From: Fluviicola sp. | GTDB taxonomy: Bacteria > Bacteroidota > Bacteroidia > Flavobacteriales_D > Crocinitomicaceae | Reading direction: 5' to 3' | NCBI GenBank assembly: GCA_002733985.1 | Contig: NVXP01000013.1 | Coordinates: forward strand, 4,310 to 68,309 | DNA length: 64,000 nt | Shown: piece by piece, positions 37,718-46,918 of the stretch | How the letters are laid out: every line of letters starts with the position of its first letter | Numbering within the stretch: position 1 is the stretch's first letter | The notes under the pieces: generated by a model | Databases searched by the model: none | Told to the model about the DNA's origin: nothing | The model's input: only the letters and a program-made list of their open reading frames with translations | Program-made: the position numbers and the translations under genes

Positions 37718-39916
37718 ATGAAAAACGAACAAAACATCGATCATACAGAATTTGACACATTCGAGGCGCCTACGAACTTGTGGGATCGCATAGAAAAAGG
37801 ACTGGACGATAAAAAATCAAAACGAAGAGGTATTATTTGGTGGAAAATTGCTGCTGGAATTGCACTTATTGGTGGACTTGGATACGGGATGATTTCTCTT
37901 TTATCGAATAACAGCATCGTAAAAGACAATTGGAAAGCAGAACTCAAGTTACCCGTAACCGAGGGCGACACAAGCAAAGTTGACACAAAAGACACAGTAG
38001 ATCAAAAGAAAGAATATTCATTTCCTACTATCCAACCCTTAGCTCTTGATTCAATAGCTACACCTGAAACTCCTCAGGTCAATACAGCATTGCCTTCTTG
38101 GATGACTTCACCAACTAAGACTAAGCCAAGACTTGGTTATCTAACTGCAACTAACCCATTTGGTTCTGGTGGAAGCGGGGACGGAAGTGGGGGCGGAACA
38201 GATTCAGGAACAGGAACAGGTTTGGCAACTACGACTTGGACTGCATCACCAAACATAGTCACTTACAGCTTCAATTCTCCTGCACCAACTTCTAATGGCT
38301 CTATGAATACGGGACCCCAGTCAGGTCTTTACGGCGGACCTGTGAACGTTCCAACTAATGGAGTTCTCGACGGCGTTTATATTTCGGAGCACATTCCAAC
38401 AAAACGAATGATTCCGTATGAAACACTAGGAGACGCTGATCGAAAGAAAAACTCAAATGAATTGGGACTTGGGACTGATTTACGCTCACTATCTAGTTAT
38501 GCATCCATTCAGGAAAATGCTTTCAAACCAACCTCAAAAGACCCACTTTCGACTTTTAGCATTGACGTTGATGGCGCATCATACAGTGATGTTCGTGGTA
38601 TGATTAACCGCAACGAACTTCCAAATCCAAATGCAGTGAGGCTGGAAGAGTTCATCAATTACTTCCCGTATGATTATCCTGAACCAACTAGCGAACACCC
38701 TTTTTCTGTAAACACCGAATTCGCAGAGTGTCCATGGAACCCAACGCATCAATTATTAAAAATTGGTATCAAAGGAGAATCGATTGAAAAGACTCAGTTA
38801 CCAACCAATAATTTAGTGTTCCTCCTAGATGTTTCTGGGTCGATGAACAATCCTGAAAAATTGGTACTCTTGAAAAAAGGCTTCCGATTACTCGTGAATG
38901 AATTGCGTGAAGAAGACCGCGTAGCAATCGTTGTTTATGCTGGTGCTGCTGGACTCGTTTTACCACCAACATCAGGAGCAAACAAAGACCAAATCTTGGA
39001 TGCATTGAACAAATTGTCAGCAGGTGGAAGCACAGCGGGTGGTCAAGGAATCAATTTAGCCTATGCGACTGCAGAAGATTACTTCGATCCAAACGGAAAC
39101 AACCGCATCATTTTAGCCACAGACGGTGATTTCAATGTTGGGGTTTCTGGCAACGACGCATTGGTGAAATTGATTGAAGAAAAACGCAAATCAGGAGTAT
39201 TCCTGACGGTTCTTGGGTTCGGTCACGACAATTTTCAATCGGATAAAATGGAAAAATTGGCCAACAATGGAAATGGGAATTTCTCCTTTATCGACAATAT
39301 TCTAGAAGCCAAGAAAGTACTCGTTACAGAAATGGGGGCTACCCTCAAAACGATTGCCAAGGACGTGAAAATTCAAGTGGAATTCAATCCAAATTATGTC
39401 AGTAGTTACCGACTTCTGGGGTATGAAAATCGCATGTTAGAGCACAAAGATTTTGCCAACGACACGGTGGATGCTGGAGAATTGGGTGCAGGACATACTG
39501 TTACCGCGGTTTACGAACTTATTCCACCTGGTGCGGCAGATGCAGACAATCCAAACGATGATGGAACAGACCTGAAGTATTCTAAAGTTGAAATGAAATC
39601 CTACGGGCTATATGCTGCTGAATTAGCGACGGTGAAATTTCGCTACAAAGAACCTGATGGAACCAACAGTAAATTGATCGAACAGATCATTCTGAATTCA
39701 CCTGAAATGAAAGCATCACCGGACTTCGAATTTATTCAAGCCGTGATTGAATTTGGCTTAATCCTAAGAGGATCAAGTTATGCAGGAAGTGCTAATTTCG
39801 ATTCTATTTTGAAACGCGCAAACGAGGCAATTGGTGATGACCCGTTCGGTTACCGCCGTGAGTTTTTAGTCTTGGTTGAAAAAGCCAAACTGCTTTCTGA
39901 CCCAATGTTAGAATAA
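37718..39916 (+). CDS. Single-pass membrane protein with periplasmic von Willebrand factor A domain (YfbK-like); putative anti-sigma partner
   Basis: Short cytoplasmic N-terminus, TM helix (WWKIAAGIALIGGLGYGMISLL), Gly/Ser/Thr linker, and MIDAS motif VFLLDVSGSMN. Starts 11 nt after the ECF sigma gene. Confidence 0.8.
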   Translation: MKNEQNIDHTEFDTFEAPTNLWDRIEKGLDDKKSKRRGIIWWKIAAGIALIGGLGYGMISLLSNNSIVKDNWKAELKLPVTEGDTSKVDTKDTVDQKKEYSFPTIQPLALDSIATPETPQVNTALPSWMTSPTKTKPRLGYLTATNPFGSGGSGDGSGGGTDSGTGTGLATTTWTASPNIVTYSFNSPAPTSNGSMNTGPQSGLYGGPVNVPTNGVLDGVYISEHIPTKRMIPYETLGDADRKKNSNELGLGTDLRSLSSYASIQENAFKPTSKDPLSTFSIDVDGASYSDVRGMINRNELPNPNAVRLEEFINYFPYDYPEPTSEHPFSVNTEFAECPWNPTHQLLKIGIKGESIEKTQLPTNNLVFLLDVSGSMNNPEKLVLLKKGFRLLVNELREEDRVAIVVYAGAAGLVLPPTSGANKDQILDALNKLSAGGSTAGGQGINLAYATAEDYFDPNGNNRIILATDGDFNVGVSGNDALVKLIEEKRKSGVFLTVLGFGHDNFQSDKMEKLANNGNGNFSFIDNILEAKKVLVTEMGATLKTIAKDVKIQVEFNPNYVSSYRLLGYENRMLEHKDFANDTVDAGELGAGHTVTAVYELIPPGAADADNPNDDGTDLKYSKVEMKSYGLYAAELATVKFRYKEPDGTNSKLIEQIILNSPEMKASPDFEFIQAVIEFGLILRGSSYAGSANFDSILKRANEAIGDDPFGYRREFLVLVEKAKLLSDPMLE

Positions 39917-39927
39917 ACAAGAATTCT

Positions 39928-41688
39928 CTATCTCTTTGCAAATTTGAACTGCGTTTTTGCACCATTTTCGAACTCAAGAATAAGTAGGTATTGACCCATT
40001 TTTAATTCACTCACATCTACGTTCATTGTATTTGTGGACAGTTCTTCTGAATACACTTGGCGCCCTGTGATATCAACTATCAACAAACTAGCTTTGCCAT
40101 AATCTTGATTGAGTGAAACAGTAAGTTCATCTGTTGCCGGATTTGGATAAACAGCTCCATATTCGTGATTCATTTCATCTACCGTGAGGGAATTTGCATC
40201 GAAGACATTCATTGCAATCGCTGGAATAATATCTGACCCAAAACCGAGTGCAAACTCACCAGCATCAGTGAATACTGGTGTAATCGCTTCCAAAGTTAAG
40301 TCGATCGATCGACCGTATTCAATACCTGTATCGAAGCCAAAGAACAATTCAGGGTTACTGGTCTTTACGCAAGTTAAGTATCGCTGGTTATCAGAAAGTT
40401 GTACTGGAATATTTAACATTCCGTAAACAGTTTCTCCCTGAAGATCACTTGGGTAGTAGTAAAACCCACTTGCAATTTGATTTAAGCTATTGAATGCCAA
40501 TGCTGGATCATTCAAATCTGTAAATACATCATTCCATTCGTAAAAAGAAATGAAAATTTCTTCACCTGATAAATCGACGCCTGAATTATAGCCAGTAACA
40601 GCTGAAAAATAGAGACCTTCAATTGCTAAACGGCTCGCATTTGGATCCTCGAACGCAACGCACATCTCAATAGAATTACTTGAATTCGCACTATAATTAG
40701 CATTTGACACGGGTAAATTTGTCGTCGGATCAATACTACAATAACCGATCAATGAATCAGAAATGACGAAATCGTAGCTCAATGAATTATCGAAATCCGA
40801 TTCATCAGGAATACCAAGGTCAATATCATAGGTTAACGTATATCTGCCATCGGGATAAGTTGCTTGCGAATAAGCAGGAAGCGTATTTATTCCTCCTGTA
40901 AAAACATCAAGGCTATCTCCAGAGCTCAAGGAATATATCGCACTCGTTTCAGTCCACGTTCCTGCAGGACCTGTAACAGTTGCTGTAACAGTTACATTGG
41001 ACTGCGTTGCTGATCCATAGTTATACACCTTCGTCCCTACATCAAATCCAAACTCAGAAGCATTTTGAGCTGTTAATGCTGAAGTTGCTGCAATTTTCGG
41101 TGAAACAGTAGACTGAGCAGTTATTCCGACATCGTTTGCATAAAGTCCCAGTTTATTTCCAAGAAACGCAATTACATCTTCCCCTGCATCCAATTTCGCA
41201 CGGATCACGGCGCCATCTGATTTTGAAATAAACGCAAAAGGTATCGAAGTCAATGGACCATCTGTTGTACCAGGCACATCAATTAACGCATCTTCTCGAT
41301 TGACCATTATCACGCCAATTGCTCCAGCCTGTTCCGCCATAAGTACTTTTGTACCATACCAGCAAACATTCGCTGAAACACCATCATATCGATATACAAA
41401 CGCAATTTTTCCAGTTAGATCATTCACCAAAGGTCCACAGCCCTCATTTGCCAATGGAATTCCTTGAGCGTTGATTCCTGGAGTGCCATCATCTACAAGC
41501 ATTACCGTATCTTCAATTGCATCAAGAGGGTTGTCCAAGTTTACCAAGCCCCAATCTGCGCCATCTCCGTTACTCGTGAAATTATACCCTCCAGCGATAC
41601 TGGCTGGTTCAATTACTGAAAAGGAAACTTGGCAAAAGGCCGAATGCGCACCAATCAAGCACATTAATATGATCGTAAACTTTTTCAT
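39928..41688 (-). CDS. Secreted PA (protease-associated) domain protein with a T9SS type A sorting domain
   Basis: Signal peptide. PA-like GKIAFVYRYDGV...AEQAGAIGVIMVNRED. C-terminal AVYPNPATDELTVSL...GQYLLILEFENG. Confidence 0.7.
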   Translation of the reverse strand: MKKFTIILMCLIGAHSAFCQVSFSVIEPASIAGGYNFTSNGDGADWGLVNLDNPLDAIEDTVMLVDDGTPGINAQGIPLANEGCGPLVNDLTGKIAFVYRYDGVSANVCWYGTKVLMAEQAGAIGVIMVNREDALIDVPGTTDGPLTSIPFAFISKSDGAVIRAKLDAGEDVIAFLGNKLGLYANDVGITAQSTVSPKIAATSALTAQNASEFGFDVGTKVYNYGSATQSNVTVTATVTGPAGTWTETSAIYSLSSGDSLDVFTGGINTLPAYSQATYPDGRYTLTYDIDLGIPDESDFDNSLSYDFVISDSLIGYCSIDPTTNLPVSNANYSANSSNSIEMCVAFEDPNASRLAIEGLYFSAVTGYNSGVDLSGEEIFISFYEWNDVFTDLNDPALAFNSLNQIASGFYYYPSDLQGETVYGMLNIPVQLSDNQRYLTCVKTSNPELFFGFDTGIEYGRSIDLTLEAITPVFTDAGEFALGFGSDIIPAIAMNVFDANSLTVDEMNHEYGAVYPNPATDELTVSLNQDYGKASLLIVDITGRQVYSEELSTNTMNVDVSELKMGQYLLILEFENGAKTQFKFAKR

Positions 41689-41800
41689 TTCTCGTGTTTG
41701 GCAGCAAGTTATGATTTTTTATTAAAACAAGGTAGCTCACTTTTTTACTCTTGTTATCACATAAGTATTTTGTATTTTGGTAGAACAGCAATCATCATTT

Positions 41801-44761
41801 ATGAGACGTCTACTACTTTTTTTTGGAGCCATTTTGTGCGCTCTAGTTTCCACCGCTCAAAGTCATGCTTCTGCCGAATTCCAACCAACATATTGGCAGT
41901 ACTCGAATATTACGCCAGGAGTTCTTGAAGCAGTTTCGTGGACAAACACCCGAATGAAGCAGTTGCAGAGCACTACTCCATCCTGCTCAGGATTGCCAAT
42001 GGCATATGGGATTTTGGGATTATTCGATGATGGAAAAGAGTATTTCAATGAAAATGGAAAGTACGTAGCCAAACTATCAGGAATTTCTGTAGAAGACCAA
42101 AAGAATTCTGTATCCGCTGAATTGGACGCATATGGTTACGCCTATAATCACTTGATGGCTGAGGAAATCCAAAATGGTGGAAATAAATTTGATGGGAACA
42201 GCATTCGAAATGTCCTACTTCAACTAAGTGAAATCCCTGATTCTGGAATGGTAAACATTTTGGCTCGAGACATGCAAGTATATGAAGTTTTGCGATTTCT
42301 AAATGACAATAAACGGTCCGTGCATTTTGAATTTACGGACTACGAAATTTCCTTAGAAGCAGTTTTCGGTCAAGCCAATTTTGACGTTCTTTCTTCCAAA
42401 AAAATTCAATTTACAGATGCAGGAGCTCTATCGGATTCGGGCATTGCCTATTCAATCTCGAATGCAAAATCAATTGAATACGGTCCAGCAATTTGGAATC
42501 CTGCTCCAGTATGTAATTACAGCTCCAGAAGTGGGACAGTCATTTCAGCAATCACAATTCACACCATTCAAGGGTCGTATGCCGGTGCGATTTCATGGTC
42601 GCAAAATTGCAATTCAAACGTTTCTTTTCACTATGTGATCCGCTCATCTGATGGACAGGTTACCCAAATGGTCTTGGAAGCGGATAAGGGATGGCACGTA
42701 GGATCAGAAAACCCATATACGATTGGGTATGAACACGAGGGATATGTTAATGATCCAGTTTGGTATACTCCAGCGATGTACAACGCTTCTGCCGATTTAA
42801 GTCGCGATATCGTTAGCAGTGGTTACGGAATTCCACCGCTTCGCACATTTCATGGTGATGCAACAGTTGGCACGAATACACTTGGAGCCTGCACGAAAAT
42901 CAAAGGACATCAACATTACCCAAATCAAACGCATACTGATCCAGGAATTAATTGGGATTGGGAAAAATATTATCGTTTGATCAATAATACACCAAGCTAC
43001 AACCTGATTTCATCTGCCTCAGGAAATTTTTATGACACAGGGGGAGCGACAGGAAATTATTTAGATGATGAGCGTGAAATTTGGCTTTTTCAACCAATAT
43101 CGGCCTTAAGTATCACACTCGATTTCACCTCTTTTAATACTGAAGTTGATTACGACTACCTCTATATTTACGATGGATCAACGATCGATGCTCCGCTTAT
43201 TGGTATATACACTGGAACAAATTCACCTGGGATTGTTACTTCAACTGGAGGCGCAGTCGTTGTAGAATTTAGGAGTGATTGTGGAACGAATAGTTCGGGT
43301 TGGGAAGTGGCATATTCTTCGACTTCTATCGATCAAAATGCACCAAGCACATCAATCACGGCTGGTCCAACTTGGCAGGTAGATGATTTCACTGTTGATA
43401 TTACTGACACTGATAACGAAAGTGCGATTGATCAAGGATATTATTTGGCCGCAGAAAAGAACATTGCTGATAACGGATGGAAGTCAAAGGGAAGCTATGG
43501 GTTTGCGCATGAAGATTTTGAAGATGCAAATACGACCTGGACGAACCAAGTTGGGTTACATACTATTTCAAATGGCGGGTTTATCTATGCCGACGCGAAC
43601 GAACAAAATTCGAATGCGTATGCTTCAATTGCCCAAGATGCGACGAGCAAATTTCTCTTCGAGTGGAATCAAACCATCACTTCTACTGGATCGAATTCAC
43701 GTGCAGGAATGCATTTCTTCTGTGATGCACCAACTTTACCTAATCGAGGGAATTCCTATTTTATTTATCTGAGAGAAGCCACGGACAATCTGCAAATTTA
43801 CCGCGTGACGAGTGATGTGTTTTCGGTAGAATCAAACAACCCTGTGATCATTGATCCAAATATCGAATACAATTGTAAAGTTTCTTACGATCCTTCAACA
43901 GGTAAAATTAAGGTCTATGTTGACAATGTATTTGTCGCTGAGTGGATAGATCCGCAGCCATTAATTTCTGGAAACTCCATTTCCGTTAGAACCGGAGGAT
44001 GTTCAGCAGTTTTCGATGATATTCACGTGTATCGTTCTCGTGGAAATCAAGTTACCATTCCAGCTGGTTTTGGTGAGTTAATGTCAATTGAAAGTGAAAA
44101 CGCGCAAGAAACAGGATTGGTAAATAGTATTGTTTTGGATTCTGCCGAAAATTGGTCAACGATTACCAGTGAAACGTATCTTTTGGATTTCACTGCCCCT
44201 GTTCTTGATTATTTGAATGATGGTTCAGCAAGTGATATTGACACCTTTAATACGGCTACGTTTGAATCAAACTGGACGATTGAAGATATTCATTCTGACA
44301 TCTCTAATTTTGATTACGGAATTGGAACTGCTCCAAACCTGGATGATGTTGTGGCTTGGAATTCGAATGGATTATTGTCTTCGATTAGTTCTGTACTTAC
44401 TTCACCCATTCAAGATCAATTGTATTACATTTCTATTCGAGCTGAGAACAACGCAGGTTGGGAGTCTGAATTTGCTTCGGACGGTCAACGATACGTGAAT
44501 GATCTGAGTACAGATGAACTTAATGCTTTATTTGAATCGATTGAAATTTATCCAAACCCAGCAAGCGACGTTTTGAAAATTTCGGGACTTCCATCTGAAG
44601 CTACGCTTTATTTGATTGACGGGAAGGGAGCGATTGTGAGCACCGAGAGCAGCTCTTCTTCTACAAAGCAACTGGACGTTTCACAATTTGCGCGAGGCAG
44701 CTATCAATTGATGATTAAAGTTGGAGGTGCATTTGTAGTGAGAAAGGTTATTCTGAAGTAA
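41801..44761 (+). CDS. Secreted N-acetylmuramoyl-L-alanine amidase (amidase_2/PGRP) - CUB - LamG-like multidomain protein with a T9SS type A sorting domain
   Basis: Signal peptide MRRLLLFFGAILCALVSTAQS (ATG at 41801). Amidase_2-like ITIHTIQGSYAGAISW...FHYVIRSSDGQVTQMV...GWHVGSENPYTIGYEHEG...HTDPG. CUB-like GNFYDTGGATGNYLDDEREIWLFQP...YDYLYIYDGSTIDAPLIGIYTG. C-terminal IEIYPNPASDVLKISG. Confidence 0.75.
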   Translation: MRRLLLFFGAILCALVSTAQSHASAEFQPTYWQYSNITPGVLEAVSWTNTRMKQLQSTTPSCSGLPMAYGILGLFDDGKEYFNENGKYVAKLSGISVEDQKNSVSAELDAYGYAYNHLMAEEIQNGGNKFDGNSIRNVLLQLSEIPDSGMVNILARDMQVYEVLRFLNDNKRSVHFEFTDYEISLEAVFGQANFDVLSSKKIQFTDAGALSDSGIAYSISNAKSIEYGPAIWNPAPVCNYSSRSGTVISAITIHTIQGSYAGAISWSQNCNSNVSFHYVIRSSDGQVTQMVLEADKGWHVGSENPYTIGYEHEGYVNDPVWYTPAMYNASADLSRDIVSSGYGIPPLRTFHGDATVGTNTLGACTKIKGHQHYPNQTHTDPGINWDWEKYYRLINNTPSYNLISSASGNFYDTGGATGNYLDDEREIWLFQPISALSITLDFTSFNTEVDYDYLYIYDGSTIDAPLIGIYTGTNSPGIVTSTGGAVVVEFRSDCGTNSSGWEVAYSSTSIDQNAPSTSITAGPTWQVDDFTVDITDTDNESAIDQGYYLAAEKNIADNGWKSKGSYGFAHEDFEDANTTWTNQVGLHTISNGGFIYADANEQNSNAYASIAQDATSKFLFEWNQTITSTGSNSRAGMHFFCDAPTLPNRGNSYFIYLREATDNLQIYRVTSDVFSVESNNPVIIDPNIEYNCKVSYDPSTGKIKVYVDNVFVAEWIDPQPLISGNSISVRTGGCSAVFDDIHVYRSRGNQVTIPAGFGELMSIESENAQETGLVNSIVLDSAENWSTITSETYLLDFTAPVLDYLNDGSASDIDTFNTATFESNWTIEDIHSDISNFDYGIGTAPNLDDVVAWNSNGLLSSISSVLTSPIQDQLYYISIRAENNAGWESEFASDGQRYVNDLSTDELNALFESIEIYPNPASDVLKISGLPSEATLYLIDGKGAIVSTESSSSSTKQLDVSQFARGSYQLMIKVGGAFVVRKVILK

Positions 44762-44861
44762 TTATTCCGTTAAGCACTTACCCTTTTTATCAATGTAGAA
44801 CCAGTCTCATCCAACCCACCAAAAGTGTTCTCCGTCTGATTCTTTTGTTGCATGAATTGAA

Positions 44862-44930
44862 ACTTGAACGCGAACCCTCAAGTTCGAGGAAGTGAGGGAG
44901 AGAATCGTAGATTTTTGAAGACCGAACGCA
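44862..44930 (-). repeat. Single inverted copy of the 55-bp repeat family
   Basis: The reverse complement gcgttcggtcttcaaaaatctacgattctctccctcacttcctcgaacttgagggttcgcg aligns with the tandem unit gcattcagtcttcaaaaatctatgatttccttcatgcttctgaacttcccgttcagc. Confidence 0.65.
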
Positions 44931-44977
44931 AAAAAAAATCCCGCCACTCCCCCGATAGTTATCGGGAAAGGACGGGA
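44929..44977 (-). terminator. Rho-independent terminator of the L25/Ctc gene, built on a CCCGATAgtTATCGGG element
   Basis: Nested palindrome ATCCCG..CCCGATAGTTATCGGG..CGGGAT followed, on the minus strand, by U9. It lies 29 nt past the stop. Confidence 0.8.
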
Positions 44978-45005
44978 TAAGTATATTAAAAAAAGATTTC
45001 TCTTA

Positions 45006-45626
45006 TTACTCAGCAGCAGCTTCTCCTTCAGTAGCAGCTTCTCCTTCAGTAGCAGTTTCTTCTTCTTCCTCATCAGCGGAAGCTCCACGAGCCATTTTCA
45101 CACCAACTACGACAGCCTCAGTAGGCTCAAGAATAGTTACATTTTTAAGATCTAAATCTTTAATACGAATAGATGTACCAATACGCATTTCCGTAACGTC
45201 AAGTTCTACTACTTCCGGAAGATTCCCAGGAAGACCGTATACTTTCAACATTCGGTAGTTTTGACTAAGACGACCTCCATTCATCACTCCGATTGCCGAT
45301 CCAGTTGTTCTTACTGGAAGACTAACTTTCACTTCTTTTTTGTCCTCTAACTCAAGAAAATCAACATGACGAGGCTTATCAGTAACAGGGTGCATTTGCT
45401 TTTGCTGAATGATCGCCATTTTTTTCGTTCCTTCGATATCAATCTCGATTTGGAATACGTCTGGAGAGAAGATAATTTTCTCCATGTCTACCGACCTTAC
45501 AGAAAAGTGAGTTTGCTCACCTGTTCCATAAAGTACACAAGGTACACGTCCAGCATTTCTAACTGCTTTCGCGTCCTTCTTCCCTACGTTCGCTCTAAGC
45601 GAACCGCTCAATTGTACTTTTTTCAT
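45006..45626 (-). CDS. ctc: 50S ribosomal protein L25 / general stress protein Ctc
   Basis: N-terminus MKKVQLSGSLRANVGKKDAKAVRNAGRVPCVLYG and an acidic C-terminal tail. Confidence 0.9.
   Translation of the reverse strand: MKKVQLSGSLRANVGKKDAKAVRNAGRVPCVLYGTGEQTHFSVRSVDMEKIIFSPDVFQIEIDIEGTKKMAIIQQKQMHPVTDKPRHVDFLELEDKKEVKVSLPVRTTGSAIGVMNGGRLSQNYRMLKVYGLPGNLPEVVELDVTEMRIGTSIRIKDLDLKNVTILEPTEAVVVGVKMARGASADEEEEETATEGEAATEGEAAAE
45015..45050. repeat. Perfect 18-bp in-frame tandem duplication inside the ctc acidic tail
   Basis: agcagcttctccttcagt x2, with a partial third copy. Encodes ATEGEAATEGEA. Confidence 0.85.
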
Positions 45627-45674
45627 TTTGTTTATTTTATATTAATTATCAAATCCAGATAGTCATCGGGATTC

Positions 45675-45710
45675 AAGGTCTTGATGCTCCCGAACTTATC
45701 GGGATGCATC
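45675..45710 (-). repeat. Copy of the dispersed palindromic element downstream of prs
   Basis: The plus strand reads AAGGTCTT-GATGC-tCCCGAacttaTCGGGa-tGCATC. Confidence 0.7.
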
Positions 45711-45723
45711 GGATATTTTAATC

Positions 45724-46659
45724 TTATGATATAATAAAGTGTGAACTAATCGATTGATTGTTTACCATTCTTCGAATGACATCCGCGAATAGATCAGAAA
45801 CAGTCAATACACGGATTTTTTCGTGCTCTTGTTTCAATGGAATTGTATCCGTCACAATTAATTCTGTGATTTTTGAATTGGTTAAACGTTCAAATGCTGG
45901 TCCTGAAAGAACAGCATGTGTACAGAAAGCACGAACACTTTTCGCTCCATTTTCCATGAAGAGATCGGCCGCCTTCGTCAAAGTACCGGCAGTGTCAATC
46001 ATGTCATCGATAAGGATAACATCTTTTCCACTAACGTCTCCAATTACGGTCATTTCAGCTATTTCATTTGCTTTACGACGTTGCTTGTGGCAAATTGCCA
46101 AACCAATATCGAGCTTTTTAGCATATGAATTTGCTCGTTTTGCACCTCCAGCATCTGGAGCAGCCATGATCAAATTACCGTTGTTGAATTTCTCAATTTC
46201 CTTGAAGAAAATTGTTGACCCAAATAGGTGATCAACTGGTACTTCAAAAAATCCTTGGATCTGATCTGCGTGCAAGTCCATTGTCATGATGCGATCAATT
46301 CCCGCTGCCATGAACATATTCGCCACCAATCGTGCTCCAATTGCAACACGTGGTTTGTCTTTTCGATCTTGTCGAGCAAAACCAAAATAAGGAACAACAA
46401 CAATGATTTTATTTGCAGAAGCACGTTTTGCAGCATCCACCATCAACAACAACTCAAAGAGATTATCCGTTGGGGGCATTGTTGATTGAATCAAGAACAC
46501 ATCTTGACCACGAACAGTTTCTTCAAATGATGGTTGAAATTCTCCATCACTGAAATCTGTTACTTTTACATTTCCGAGACTCGTACCGTACGATTTTACG
46601 ATTTTTCCTGCTAAGACTTCCGATGCTCTACCTGCGAAAATTTTTACTCCTGCTGACAT
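45724..46659 (-). CDS. prs: Ribose-phosphate pyrophosphokinase
   Basis: Motifs MDLHADQIQGFF and VILIDDMIDTAGT (PRPP loop). Probable start MSAGVKIFAG at 46659. Confidence 0.93.
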   Translation of the reverse strand: MSAGVKIFAGRASEVLAGKIVKSYGTSLGNVKVTDFSDGEFQPSFEETVRGQDVFLIQSTMPPTDNLFELLLMVDAAKRASANKIIVVVPYFGFARQDRKDKPRVAIGARLVANMFMAAGIDRIMTMDLHADQIQGFFEVPVDHLFGSTIFFKEIEKFNNGNLIMAAPDAGGAKRANSYAKKLDIGLAICHKQRRKANEIAEMTVIGDVSGKDVILIDDMIDTAGTLTKAADLFMENGAKSVRAFCTHAVLSGPAFERLTNSKITELIVTDTIPLKQEHEKIRVLTVSDLFADVIRRMVNNQSISSHFIIS

Positions 46660-46805
46660 ACAACTGTTTTGAGGGTGCAAATTTACGTAAAATCCTTTAT
46701 TGACAGCATATAGAAGCGGTAAAATCCAATGATTCTACTGTTTTTCAGATAAAACTCTTGTTTGGGATGGGTATTTTGCTCCTAAAAGCTACGATTTCAA
46801 TGGTT

Positions 46806-46860
46806 TAATTGAATTCCCGTTCAGCATTCAAAGGTCTTAATGTTCTATGTTCGCTGGTTT
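46806..46860 (+). repeat. Degenerate solo copy of the 55-bp repeat family
   Basis: gaattcccgttcagcattcaaaggtcttaatgttctatg aligns with gaacttcccgttcagcattcagtcttcaaaaatctatg. Confidence 0.6.
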
Positions 46861-46918
46861 AGTATTCAAAAATGAAAATCTTGACCATACACGTCGGCTG
46901 ATTTGCGTTCGGCCTTCG

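Noticed and set aside
41609-41928. Small ORFs 41609-41791(-) and 41698-41928(+) in the divergent PA-protein/amidase promoter region
   Set aside because: They overlap the signal-peptide-coding 5' ends of two well-supported divergent genes and their shared promoter region. Their composition is non-coding-like.
42381-44498. Alternate-frame ORFs 42381-42638, 43383-43772 and 44217-44498 inside the amidase gene
   Set aside because: They are on the same strand but out of frame with a 986-aa ORF that has clear domain motifs from end to end. I saw no frameshift signature.
44807-45088. 93-aa minus-strand ORF (KEKLLLKEKLLL...)
   Set aside because: It is an alternative frame across the ctc tail repeat, the terminator palindrome and the inverted 55-bp repeat copy. 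Its repetitive sequence derives from the 18-bp duplication, so it is not a gene.
45758-46231. 157-aa plus-strand ORF, with 45916-46128 and 46228-46485
   Set aside because: All lie antisense to or out of frame with the strongly supported prs gene. No motifs were seen, and this is a typical shadow ORF in AT-rich DNA.
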